Shown piece by piece: positions 1 through 8,215 of a stretch of DNA of 64,000 nt; position 1 is the stretch's first letter, and every line of letters starts with the position of its first letter. Origin of the DNA: a virus. Position numbers and translations under genes: made by a program. The notes beneath the pieces were generated by a model. The model ran no database searches. It worked only from the letters and a program-made list of their open reading frames with translations, and was not told the DNA's origin. Where the stretch lies: positions 1 to 64,000 of the IMG/VR virus record IMGVR_UViG_3300037092_000015. The stretch is one strand, 5' to 3'.

Positions 1-293
1 AGCCTCACCACCGGGCAGCTTCCCCCCGCCGCAACCACCGCCGCCACGAACGCAGCCGCTTTCGCCGCATAGCCCGCGCTCGCCTTCCGCGACACCTTGG
101 ACTGCCGCCGCACCCGCTTCCTTTCCGACGGCTCCGCTACCGCAACCGCCCCGGCCACCGTCGTCCAGTTCGCTTTCTTTTGACGCTCAGCACCAGCCCG
201 TTGCCAGGGCCGCACCGCCGCCGATGCCTGCGACGGAAACGTGCGGAGCCAGAGCGCCGGCTTGCCTTTCTTGACGTAGTCTTTTAGACTCAC
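1..293 (-). CDS. Hypothetical protein, partial (runs off window start)
   Basis: GTG at 291-293 abuts the methylase stop; open frame VSLKDYVKKGKPALWLRTFP... Confidence 0.5.
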   Translation of the reverse strand, partial: MSLKDYVKKGKPALWLRTFPSQASAAVRPWQRAGAERQKKANWTTVAGAVAVAEPSERKRVRRQSKVSRKASAGYAAKAAAFVAAVVAAGGSCPVVR

Positions 294-1006
294 TTAGTCG
301 CGTCCTCGTGACAATGTTTGCCATGCAAGCCTAACCACTGCTGGAACTTGTCCGTTCCCAATGGCTTGCAATCTGTCCATCCAATAGGCCAACCCATCAG
401 CCTTTCTACCCATATCGGGTTCGGTAGAAATCCCTTCGGACATAGCTCGAATGGATTCTTTGCTTGGCTCATAAAAACTTCGCTCCGGCTCCTTTGTGTT
501 TTTATTGGTGTTCCTATCATAGGCAACAATCCACATTCTCTGACGCTCGTGTCGTGCTCCAACGTCGCCAGCCGAAAACACTCCCCATGTCGCATCATAC
601 CCCATCGTATCCATATCCCCAAAGACTCTTCCAATTCCTTGAACAGTGATAGCTGGCGAGTTTTCCACGACGATGTATCTCGGTCGTACTTCGCAAACCA
701 CTCGCGCCATTTCCGACCAGAGCCCACTTCGTGCACCATCCAATCCTTTTCTGTTTCTTCCTGCTGTGCTAATGTCTTGGCAGGGGAACCCGCCGCAGAC
801 AACGTCAACGAGTCCTCGCCACGGCTTTCCGTCAAAGGTTCGCACGTCATCCCAGATGGGGAACTTTGGCAAGATGCCGTCTCGCTGCCGTTGCAACAAG
901 ACTTCACGGCAGTAAGGCTCAATTTCGACAGCACAGACACAGGTATGTCCGAGAAGCATTCCGCCGAGGATACCACCCCCTGCTCCTGCAAATAGATGTA
1001 GCTCAT
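290..1006 (-). CDS. Overlapping alternative-frame ORF, putative beta polypeptide of the C5 methyltransferase
   Basis: 238-aa frame fully overlapping the alpha gene, carrying the motif IX-like PNPIWVERLMGWPIGWTD. Confidence 0.7.
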   Translation of the reverse strand: MSYIYLQEQGVVSSAECFSDIPVSVLSKLSLTAVKSCCNGSETASCQSSPSGMTCEPLTESRGEDSLTLSAAGSPAKTLAQQEETEKDWMVHEVGSGRKWREWFAKYDRDTSSWKTRQLSLFKELEESLGIWIRWGMMRHGECFRLATLEHDTSVRECGLLPMIGTPIKTQRSRSEVFMSQAKNPFELCPKGFLPNPIWVERLMGWPIGWTDCKPLGTDKFQQWLGLHGKHCHEDATK

Positions 1007-1010
1007 TCAA
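294..1010 (-). CDS. C5-cytosine DNA methyltransferase, alpha polypeptide
   Basis: Motif I LFAGAGG, IV GGFPCQD, VI ENS, VIII HERQRMWIVA, X LQAIGNGQVP; motif IX absent; TTG start. Confidence 0.9.
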   Translation of the reverse strand: MNELHLFAGAGGGILGGMLLGHTCVCAVEIEPYCREVLLQRQRDGILPKFPIWDDVRTFDGKPWRGLVDVVCGGFPCQDISTAGRNRKGLDGARSGLWSEMARVVCEVRPRYIVVENSPAITVQGIGRVFGDMDTMGYDATWGVFSAGDVGARHERQRMWIVAYDRNTNKNTKEPERSFYEPSKESIRAMSEGISTEPDMGRKADGLAYWMDRLQAIGNGQVPAVVRLAWQTLSRGRD

Positions 1011-1199
1011 TCAATTTCCTTTCGCTGTTATTACCATTGACACTGCTAGCTTCCCGCGCCTCCCTAGCTTCGGCCACTTCCTGACACACACCTTGCACAG
1101 CGGCGCCACGTATTCAATGCCGCACTTGTTTATCACCTCGGCTACGGCAAAATCGTCCTGTGCAACATCTTTGTAAATGTTGTCGTGGAATAAGTTCAC
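1011..1199 (-). CDS. Hypothetical protein
   Basis: Tightly packed with neighbours on the operon strand; CxxC. Confidence 0.45.
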   Translation of the reverse strand: MNLFHDNIYKDVAQDDFAVAEVINKCGIEYVAPLCKVCVRKWPKLGRRGKLAVSMVITAKGN

Positions 1200-1203
1200 T
1201 GCT

Positions 1204-1590
1204 TTACCGCTCCTCCGGCATCTTGCCTTTTATCCACTCGCAGATGCTACCCATCTTCATGGCGTAGTATAGGTCGAACGACTTAGCTTCTTCCGCCGTG
1301 CACTTGCTAGACTCCTTTTCGTACTTCCACAGCACGAACAGGCAGCTCCGCAACCGCTGCGACGGCGTCTTCTGCTCTAACTGCCCCTTTACCTCAAGTG
1401 GAGCGTCCACCGTCACGCCTTGCGGAGTCAGCGACATGGTTAGCGCCATCTGTTGAAGCCTGAACAAAACCACCTGCTCCGTCGCCTCCAGTTCGCACGT
1501 GCTGAACCGTAGCGTCACGCTCCGGTCTTTCCTTGTTGACGCGCCCTCAAGCACTGCATCCAATACTATCGGCTTTATTTTATCACTCAT
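1204..1590 (-). CDS. Hypothetical phage protein
   Basis: 128 aa with KTPSQRLRSCLFVLW, typical of phage replication regions. Confidence 0.7.
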   Translation of the reverse strand: MSDKIKPIVLDAVLEGASTRKDRSVTLRFSTCELEATEQVVLFRLQQMALTMSLTPQGVTVDAPLEVKGQLEQKTPSQRLRSCLFVLWKYEKESSKCTAEEAKSFDLYYAMKMGSICEWIKGKMPEER

Positions 1591-2034
1591 AGTTTTACGT
1601 AGTTAAATGCTTTCACTGCCGCACTCCGGACACTCGTCAACGGGCGTCACATCTTCCCTGCTCCCGTCGTCGCCATAGGTGTGCACGCAATCCCGCACCC
1701 GGCACACGTGACCACAGTCGTCGCACCGAACCGGATCTCCGCAGCACATCCGCCTCCGGCCACTTCGAGTTAGCCCGGTACGGCGCCCCGCGCTCGCACC
1801 GCCTATCCTCGCCGCCGTCCTGCACGTCCCGGTAGTGCATCCCTAGACCGCGCCAGCTAGCCGCCACCGTTAGCAGCAGCATCAGCGCGTGGTGCATCGC
1901 GCTCCGGCTCCCCACCATCCGACCTACGTCCTCCGGATGCGGACACGCCCGCAACGACAGCCGATTCCCTACCCGCTCCAACTCCACCAGAAGCTGCCTC
2001 ACTTCTTCCGCCGCCACTAACCCGCAGGGCTTTG

Positions 2035-2424
2035 TCACTTCCCCTCCTTTTGCTTTTTGATTGCTGCTTCCTTCGCTTCGCCCATGCAATACGCACCTAA
2101 CATCATTTGCAAGAACCACGCCGACGCCAACACAAAACACCCGGTTGCGGCCAGCATCGCAGTGATACCAACGTCCATCGCCCGATCTAAGAACACCGGC
2201 ACCGGAATACCCATTATGCGCTCCCTTAGCTCTCCTGCCTCTTTTACCTTTGTGCCAATGATGACCGCCATTCCAAGCGATAAAGCAACTGTTACCCACA
2301 GCCAGAACTGGAACAAGTTCCAGCACCACTGTTCTGGCTCGCTTTGCAGCTTGCCGAAGTAAAACAGCGCAAGGAACGATCCATTGCCTGCCACATACCA
2401 CACTAATCTTTTCAATTTCTTCAT
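2035..2424 (-). CDS. Membrane protein
   Basis: Several hydrophobic segments; GAAAGGAAA upstream. Confidence 0.7.
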   Translation of the reverse strand: MKKLKRLVWYVAGNGSFLALFYFGKLQSEPEQWCWNLFQFWLWVTVALSLGMAVIIGTKVKEAGELRERIMGIPVPVFLDRAMDVGITAMLAATGCFVLASAWFLQMMLGAYCMGEAKEAAIKKQKEGK

Positions 2425-2456
2425 ACTTTTGTTTTCCTTTCGTTTGGTTTGTTCAC

Positions 2457-4352
2457 TTAATCGTCACGCTGTTGCGGCACGTCTTGATTGTTTATCTTTG
2501 ACTCTGCCACCAGCCTGCAAAATTGAGCGTCAAATCTTAGTTTGTATTCACCTTTCGGAACACCACGTCCTTTCACTACCTTGACTGTCATGCTGGATTC
2601 TGCTTCGCCCATCTCTACCAGCATCACGATATTTGCGTTGTGCGCTATCACCCGCGACTCTCGCAACTTCCCTTCCTCGTTAAGCTGCGACAGTATCACC
2701 ATCGGCACCTTAGCTTCGCGTGATAGCGCCCTCAGACCGTGGCTCACTTGTGCCACCTGTTGCTCGCGGCTGTCACGTGATTGCCCGGGAGCCACAAACT
2801 GGATGTAGTCAACTATCACAAGCCTTATCCTGCCGTCGGCCTTCAACTGCATCACACGGTTTGAAATGTCTTCGACCGTCAGCAACGCAGAGTCGTCAAT
2901 GTAAAGCGGTAAAGAAACAATACTCGGCATGTGACACTTTATCTGCTCTATATCCTCGTTTGAGAACTTGCCAGTATTGAATTTGTTTCGGCTCACATCT
3001 GTCTTACGGCTCACCATCAAATCGAATATCTCTTCCTTGTCCATCTCAAGCGAGAACAGCCCTACCCCATACCCGGCGTCTAGCGCAACGCACGCAAGGT
3101 GCAACCCGAACGTGCTCTTGCCACCTCCTGTCTCGCCAGCCACTACGATGGTTTGCCCGTCCTTCAACCCGCCGGATATGTCGTCAAACTCTGGTATGCC
3201 GGTCGGCACGCCTAGCTTGCCGATGTTGTTCAACATGTAGTCGTATCTATCCAGCGACAACCGCGCCAGCGCCAGCAGTGGCTTCTCTTCAATCGCAGGA
3301 AACTTCAAGCTCCGCTCGAACTTCATCAAGTCGTCTTCTGCAAGTAATTGAGTGTTCGGGTTAAGCCACAGCAACTCTTGCAACCCACCGTTTGACGCTC
3401 CAATGATGCGCTTCGCCCCAGGCAGCCTGCTCAAGCGCGAGCAGTTCGTGTTAGCCTGGTCAATTCCGAACGGCTTCAATAGTTCTACTACCCGCTTTGC
3501 GGTTTTCTTGTAAACCTCAAGTGACGGGCTGTCTAGCTTGATCCACGCATGAACACTCTTGCCAGCCGACGACACCACCGCCGCCACTGGTAGCCTTAGT
3601 CGAGAGTAAAGCGCAAGCTGCGCATCCATTGGCAGTGAGTCAGATTCCACCAGCATGTAGCGCCAAGCCACAACATCCGCGTCTGTTACCGCGCCGTCCT
3701 TGCCTGAACCTTTTGGTGCGCACGGGTTTATTCTGAACCACGCCCCGGCATCAGAAGCTGGAACCCCTTGCGTCACGAACCACTCTATCCACTGCTCCCG
3801 TGTCTGCGTCTTTCCACCTCCGTATGGATTAGCTTTCTTGCTGTCTTTTGCGTCTAACAAGTATTTGCAGACGATATTTAGATGCTCGTTCTCTTGATAC
3901 AAAAGTCCGAGCGCAAGCCGCGCCCTATCCACATTCCCGTCCGGCAGCTTCACCGGCGACTTAGCTACCATCTTCGATTCAGTCAACCTTGCCCCTGTCA
4001 ACCACCAGTCCGCATGTTCAAGCGGTGTCTTCTCTGGCTTCTGTTCCTCCTCCATCGGCCTTGTCCCATATTCCCTACGCACTGCCTCGCGACGAGGTGA
4101 CGGGTTCCTATCGCCGCGCTTGGACGGCTCCGGCCTCTTGTTTACGGCCCACGCTATCACATCCCGCAACTCCTTGTCCGTCACGTCCGCAGCAAACTGA
4201 GACCGCAACGTGGCAAAAACAACTTCACTCGGCATCCCGTCTCCAATTAACGGAATAGCCAACTCCATAGCCGCCTTGTGACGCGTTCCTTCCGGGTGCC
4301 CACCTAGCAGCTTGCTGGCGGTCTTTGGCGGGATGTAGGCATCAGATGCCAC
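2457..4352 (-). CDS. Primase (AEP/RepA-like) fused to a DnaB-like SF4 helicase
   Basis: LVESD...SSAGKSVHAWI primase motifs; GVPTGIPEFD, Walker A GETGGGKST, FSLEM, IVDYIQ, ILSQLN. Confidence 0.88.
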   Translation of the reverse strand: MASDAYIPPKTASKLLGGHPEGTRHKAAMELAIPLIGDGMPSEVVFATLRSQFAADVTDKELRDVIAWAVNKRPEPSKRGDRNPSPRREAVRREYGTRPMEEEQKPEKTPLEHADWWLTGARLTESKMVAKSPVKLPDGNVDRARLALGLLYQENEHLNIVCKYLLDAKDSKKANPYGGGKTQTREQWIEWFVTQGVPASDAGAWFRINPCAPKGSGKDGAVTDADVVAWRYMLVESDSLPMDAQLALYSRLRLPVAAVVSSAGKSVHAWIKLDSPSLEVYKKTAKRVVELLKPFGIDQANTNCSRLSRLPGAKRIIGASNGGLQELLWLNPNTQLLAEDDLMKFERSLKFPAIEEKPLLALARLSLDRYDYMLNNIGKLGVPTGIPEFDDISGGLKDGQTIVVAGETGGGKSTFGLHLACVALDAGYGVGLFSLEMDKEEIFDLMVSRKTDVSRNKFNTGKFSNEDIEQIKCHMPSIVSLPLYIDDSALLTVEDISNRVMQLKADGRIRLVIVDYIQFVAPGQSRDSREQQVAQVSHGLRALSREAKVPMVILSQLNEEGKLRESRVIAHNANIVMLVEMGEAESSMTVKVVKGRGVPKGEYKLRFDAQFCRLVAESKINNQDVPQQRDD

Positions 4353-4356
4353 GACG

Positions 4357-5091
4357 TTACCAGAGCTTTATTGCCGCCTTCGTTGGGCCGTCGTATTTAC
4401 CCTCCATCACCTTATACACCGCATCCGGTCTTTCAACTATCCAGTCGAAAGTTGCCTTCCAACCCCTATCGTTCTTGCCAGTGAGAAAGTCGCTCGCCAG
4501 TATCCGCACTAGCGCAGCCCCGTAGTTCGCAACCCAAAATGGGTCCTCCCGCCGTGCCTTCAAATGAACCATCCTTGTTTTACCAACACCAAGGACCTTT
4601 GAAAGCTTCCCGTCACACGCGGCGTTCCACTGCTCTGCTTCCGCCGGGAATGCGGGAGTGACGGGTAGTGCGCTTGCGCCTATCCCTGGTTCTTGGTTTA
4701 CGGTTTCTGGTTTAAGGTTTGCTCCGGCTTTTTCGGGGTCTTTACCTGGTCTTTGCCGGGGCTTGCGCGGGGCTTTCACGTCTCCTTCGGTAAGGCTACG
4801 ATTTTCCGGGGTCTTCATTTTCCATGTTGCTTCCGGTAGCCGATACACCTTCACTTGTTGCGTAGCACCTACACGCTTGCCGGTATCTTTAATCACCTTC
4901 TCAGTTACAAGGTCTGCAAGCGCTTTTCTAACCGTTTCATCATGCTGCTGCGTTAGCTCGCAAATGGTGTGGACAGATGGGTAGGCAAGCCCAGTGTCCC
5001 CGGCGTAGTTAGCTAGTGCGATAAGCACAAACTTCTTGCCGGATGATATTTCTTTTTGGTCAAATGCCCATCCTAATGCTTGAATACTCAT
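4357..5091 (-). CDS. Replication initiator (lambda O-like, N-terminal HTH)
   Basis: MSIQALGWAFDQ...KFVLIALANYA...AYPSV HTH; C-terminal FLTGKNDRGWKATFDWI..KVMEGKY. Confidence 0.85.
   Translation of the reverse strand: MSIQALGWAFDQKEISSGKKFVLIALANYAGDTGLAYPSVHTICELTQQHDETVRKALADLVTEKVIKDTGKRVGATQQVKVYRLPEATWKMKTPENRSLTEGDVKAPRKPRQRPGKDPEKAGANLKPETVNQEPGIGASALPVTPAFPAEAEQWNAACDGKLSKVLGVGKTRMVHLKARREDPFWVANYGAALVRILASDFLTGKNDRGWKATFDWIVERPDAVYKVMEGKYDGPTKAAIKLW
4686..4813. repeat. Iteron-like repeats, putative replication origin inside the initiator gene
   Basis: 11-nt tandem TTTTCGGGGTC/TTTACCTGGTC/TTTGCCGGGGC/TTGCGCGGGGC (4730-4773), a copy at 4802-4813, and 7-nt NNGGTTT periodicity at 4686-4720. 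Confidence 0.55.
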
Positions 5092-5699
5092 ACGACTAGC
5101 TCCTTTTGAATAGCGGAAATGTCTTTTCTTGATAACTTGAACCACTCGCCACGCACCCGCTTGGTATGGTAGCGTTCGTGTAACTTTCCTTCCATCACTA
5201 ACGTCCATACAGGTTGAGAAGTAAATACCATTCGGAATGACGGGTCTTCTGCCTGTAAGGTGCTCTCGCGTATTGCGGGGGTTGTAGAAAATCCTATCTT
5301 AGTGCATCCATGTCCGTTCGCGGTAGCCAAGTAGATTGATCCAAGCGACTTTGCTTTTACTATTGGATGAACCACTTGCTGTTTCGGTTTCAGATGAAAC
5401 ACTTCTGCAATCGCTATTTTTTTTCCACGCTTCGCCCTAACGGCGTTCGGTATTGCCTCACACTCGATGACCTCTTTTAGACGTGTTATTTCCTGGTCAA
5501 AGTCTTCCCCTAGCATTCCCAAGTTTACAGACCAGTCAAACGCTACAGCTACCGTTTCTAGTTGTAGCCTATATTGTTCAAATAATTTGAAGCCGTTGCG
5601 TAATGCAGAAGGTCCGTGTTTGGATAATGCACAACTGTTGTAAACAGCATTGAAGCGTGCCAACTCTAATGCAATCATCCGTTCGGGTTCTGTGATCAT
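5088..5699 (-). CDS. GIY-YIG (T5orf172/MUG113-like) domain protein
   Basis: IYL...TKIGFS...RESTLQ...EGKLHERYHTKRVRGEWFKL. Confidence 0.8.
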   Translation of the reverse strand: MITEPERMIALELARFNAVYNSCALSKHGPSALRNGFKLFEQYRLQLETVAVAFDWSVNLGMLGEDFDQEITRLKEVIECEAIPNAVRAKRGKKIAIAEVFHLKPKQQVVHPIVKAKSLGSIYLATANGHGCTKIGFSTTPAIRESTLQAEDPSFRMVFTSQPVWTLVMEGKLHERYHTKRVRGEWFKLSRKDISAIQKELVV

Positions 5700-5703
5700 A
5701 AAC

Positions 5704-5819
5704 AAAAAGCCCCCGAACGAAGCCGGCCAGACCAAGACTCAAGAAGGGAAATGGGGCGCCAGCGCAGAAGCACTATTCGCCAAACCATTCTTGGTCCGGA
5801 TTCGGCCCCGTTCGGGGGC
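5704..5819 (-). terminator. Long leader hairpin with a U-tract (attenuator or terminator-like)
   Basis: GCCCCCGAACG (5709-5719) pairs with CGTTCGGGGGC (5809-5819), inner GACCAAGA/TCTTGGTC; TTTTTGTTT follows on the minus strand. Confidence 0.55.
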
Positions 5820-5908
5820 GTCTTACTTATTGTCAGCCCGTTCATTCTTTCCATTACCGTAGGCGTTCTTGACGCGCCTCGCCGCTCTTCGCAGCTCCAA
5901 CTACGCGC

Positions 5909-5937
5909 AACATAGCGCCTTCGTTCCCGTTTAGCAA
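5909..5937 (-). promoter_or_regulatory. Sigma70-like promoter TTGCTA-17-TATGTT
   Basis: Correct spacing; shares TTGCYAAACGGG...TATGTTGC with the site at 17836-17865. Confidence 0.6.
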
Positions 5938-5996
5938 GCGCATTTCGTAACTATTTTTCAAGCGGCTCGTTCAGCTACGGTGCTGTGCGGGGGCGG

Positions 5997-6191
5997 TCAC
6001 AGCGTCTCTTTTAACATCTCCACGGTCGCCGCGTCCACCGGCTTCGGGCGGTTGCTGGTCAGGTGCCAGGCGCGGCATTTCGGGCACCTGTAGGCGTGCA
6101 GGCGCTTCCAACGGCCAGACGCCAAGGCCGCCGCTTCGGTTGCGTGCCGGCGCTTCTTTCCGCAGTAGTGGTAGCGTGACGGAGGGTGCAT
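5997..6191 (-). CDS. Small Zn-ribbon protein
   Basis: CGKKRRH...AYRCPKCRAWHLTS. Confidence 0.7.
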   Translation of the reverse strand: MHPPSRYHYCGKKRRHATEAAALASGRWKRLHAYRCPKCRAWHLTSNRPKPVDAATVEMLKETL

Positions 6192-6199
6192 TGTTACGG

Positions 6200-6886
6200 C
6201 TATAGCAGCGCCCTTTGCGCGGCTTCACGCTGCCGTTTTGTCGGCTCCGGTGCCTGCTCACGGAATAAAGTGCCCTGTTGCAACTCGCGACGGATGCGGT
6301 CGCACGCGATTTGGAAGTAGGCCGGGTCAATCTCGCACCCGATGAACTTTCGGCCCGTGCGGATGCAGGCGACTGCGGTCGTCCCGGAGCCAAAATAAGG
6401 GTCACAAATAAGCCCGCCAGCCGGAGTCCATTCATTCAATAGCACCTGAAACAAGTCAACAGGTTTTTGCATTGGATGGAACGATGGTTCGCCTCGTATT
6501 GTGTGTGGTATCCAAACCCGTGTATATACCCTGCATTGGTCTGTTACATTTGACCAAGCAATTTCCGCGTCAGAACCAGGTAGTTTGCGGTCTGTTTCGT
6601 CCTGTTTATTCCATATCAACCACCCACCGCTAATTGGCAACCTGTCCGCATACCAGTTCCCCCCAAATAGAATACACTTACCAAACCGCAATAACGGAGT
6701 GGGGTCAAACCTATTGCTATCCCCATGAATCTTTGCACCATGCCATTTGAACTGCTTTGACGATTGGTAATCAATTCCATACGGTGGGTCCGTAACCACC
6801 GCGTCCACCCCTTGCAGCGTCGGCAGCACAGTCAAGCAGTCGGCGTTGTATAACACGCAAGGCCCGATAACGATTGGCTCCTTCAT
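6200..6886 (-). CDS. DNA N6-adenine/N4-cytosine methyltransferase (beta class)
   Basis: DPPYG, HPMQKP, DPYFGSGTT, FIGCEID. Confidence 0.9.
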   Translation of the reverse strand: MKEPIVIGPCVLYNADCLTVLPTLQGVDAVVTDPPYGIDYQSSKQFKWHGAKIHGDSNRFDPTPLLRFGKCILFGGNWYADRLPISGGWLIWNKQDETDRKLPGSDAEIAWSNVTDQCRVYTRVWIPHTIRGEPSFHPMQKPVDLFQVLLNEWTPAGGLICDPYFGSGTTAVACIRTGRKFIGCEIDPAYFQIACDRIRRELQQGTLFREQAPEPTKRQREAAQRALL

Positions 6887-6890
6887 ATCA

Positions 6891-7277
6891 CTACCACGTC
6901 TCCGCGCCACGGTCCCGCTGCACGATGGGAGGCGGTAGATCCACATTCACCCCATGCTTGCCGAGTTCCGAAACCCAGAACTGCCGTATGTCGGGTTCAC
7001 AGTGCGCCATTGCGTCTGCCCACGTCGGCCACCGTTGGTGCTTGCCGTGAAACCAGTATTGCCAGTAGAGGCTCTGTTGATTGTGCGGCTGCTCAGGCGA
7101 GTGCTTTACGGCGCACGCTTGGCACACGTCCGGCCTTGGAGGCAGCAAATACGCTCCTGAATTGATTGGGATTTCCGCGGCAGCATCTGCTACAGCCGCA
7201 CGCTTCGGCGCTTGGCGCTTGGTTTGCGGCGCTTTGACGCCCGGAGCGGGGCTTGGCAGCGGTTTAGCCGTGCTCAC
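6891..7277 (-). CDS. Hypothetical protein
   Basis: GTG start overlaps the upstream stop; CQACAVKH..QPHNQQSLYWQY..WPTWADAMAHC. Confidence 0.6.
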   Translation of the reverse strand: MSTAKPLPSPAPGVKAPQTKRQAPKRAAVADAAAEIPINSGAYLLPPRPDVCQACAVKHSPEQPHNQQSLYWQYWFHGKHQRWPTWADAMAHCEPDIRQFWVSELGKHGVNVDLPPPIVQRDRGAETW

Positions 7278-7708
7278 GCGCCAGCGCCCTCGGTAGCAGA
7301 CGCCTTGGCCGCCAATTCTCCGTAGGTCGCCCATAGGTCCGGGAACGCTGCCTTGATCCGCGCTAAGTTGCTGGCGTCCGCTCGGTATCCCGCTTCCGCT
7401 AGCATGGAAACGAATCCGCCGCCGTTTACCCGCATCTGCCACAGCACCGCCTGGTCGCTTACAAGCTGCGTGTGTGTTGGCGTCTTGACTACGTTCGGAT
7501 GCTCGCTACCGCTTACGCCCAGCAGCACCGCCAACCCTTCCTCAAGGTCCGCCACGTGCTTCGCCTGAGCCTCCGACGTGGCGTAGTCGTCTGGGTGCGC
7601 TCGTGCTAAGTTTAAGGCGAAGCGCAGACCGCTTTCAAAAAAACGCTTCATTCCGTGCTCGGTGTCTAGCACCACTTCGTTGCCGTCTTTAATCCACTTG
7701 CTTTGCAT
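7274..7708 (-). CDS. Hypothetical phage protein
   Basis: GGGFVSMLAEAGYRADASNLARIKAAFPDLW; GAAAGGAAA RBS. Confidence 0.7.
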   Translation of the reverse strand: MQSKWIKDGNEVVLDTEHGMKRFFESGLRFALNLARAHPDDYATSEAQAKHVADLEEGLAVLLGVSGSEHPNVVKTPTHTQLVSDQAVLWQMRVNGGGFVSMLAEAGYRADASNLARIKAAFPDLWATYGELAAKASATEGAGA

Positions 7709-7764
7709 AGTTTCCTTTCATTTGGTTGTTGTTCTTGCTGTCACCATCCTTGCGTGTTTGTGTC

Positions 7765-8215
7765 CTACTTGACTATCATATCTATCAACGTCGCGCCACT
7801 GTAGATAGTGTCCGCCGGCTTCTTGTCCGCTTCGTAGCTATAGCCTTTGAGCAGCGCCAGCACCGCCTCGCTTTCCTTGATAGATGTGCCGCACTGTTTT
7901 GCCCGCTGCTCCGACGCTAATGCTTCACCTTCAAACACTGCCGCTACCACGTTCGGCTGGCCATCCTTGCGCTTCATCCGGGATGCCGCTCGGCGCATCT
8001 TAACTGCCTTTGACTCTGCCTTCTGTTCCTCGCAGGCAAGCTCCTTCATGCTCTGCATTACTGTCTGCCGCGCCAAGTCCACCAAGTCCTCCTTGTCTGC
8101 GTCCCGCTGCCGCGCTAGTTCTACCATCAACGCGCACAGATTCTGCACCGCCGCATCCGGCTTGTTTCGATCTCCAGTGTCGCCAGTCCGGTCGTAGCAT
8201 TCTCGCCGCGCACGC
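7765..8215 (-). pseudogene. N-terminally truncated J-domain-like protein
   Basis: RARRECYDRTGD resembles the end of a J-domain, but the HPD portion and a plausible start are missing; overlaps the SNF2 3' end. Confidence 0.4.

Noticed and set aside
1637-2401. 254-aa ORF as a single gene
   Set aside because: It overlaps the better membrane-protein ORF. Only the part from about 2037 looks coding, and a short Cys-rich frame at about 1603-1749 competes with its end.
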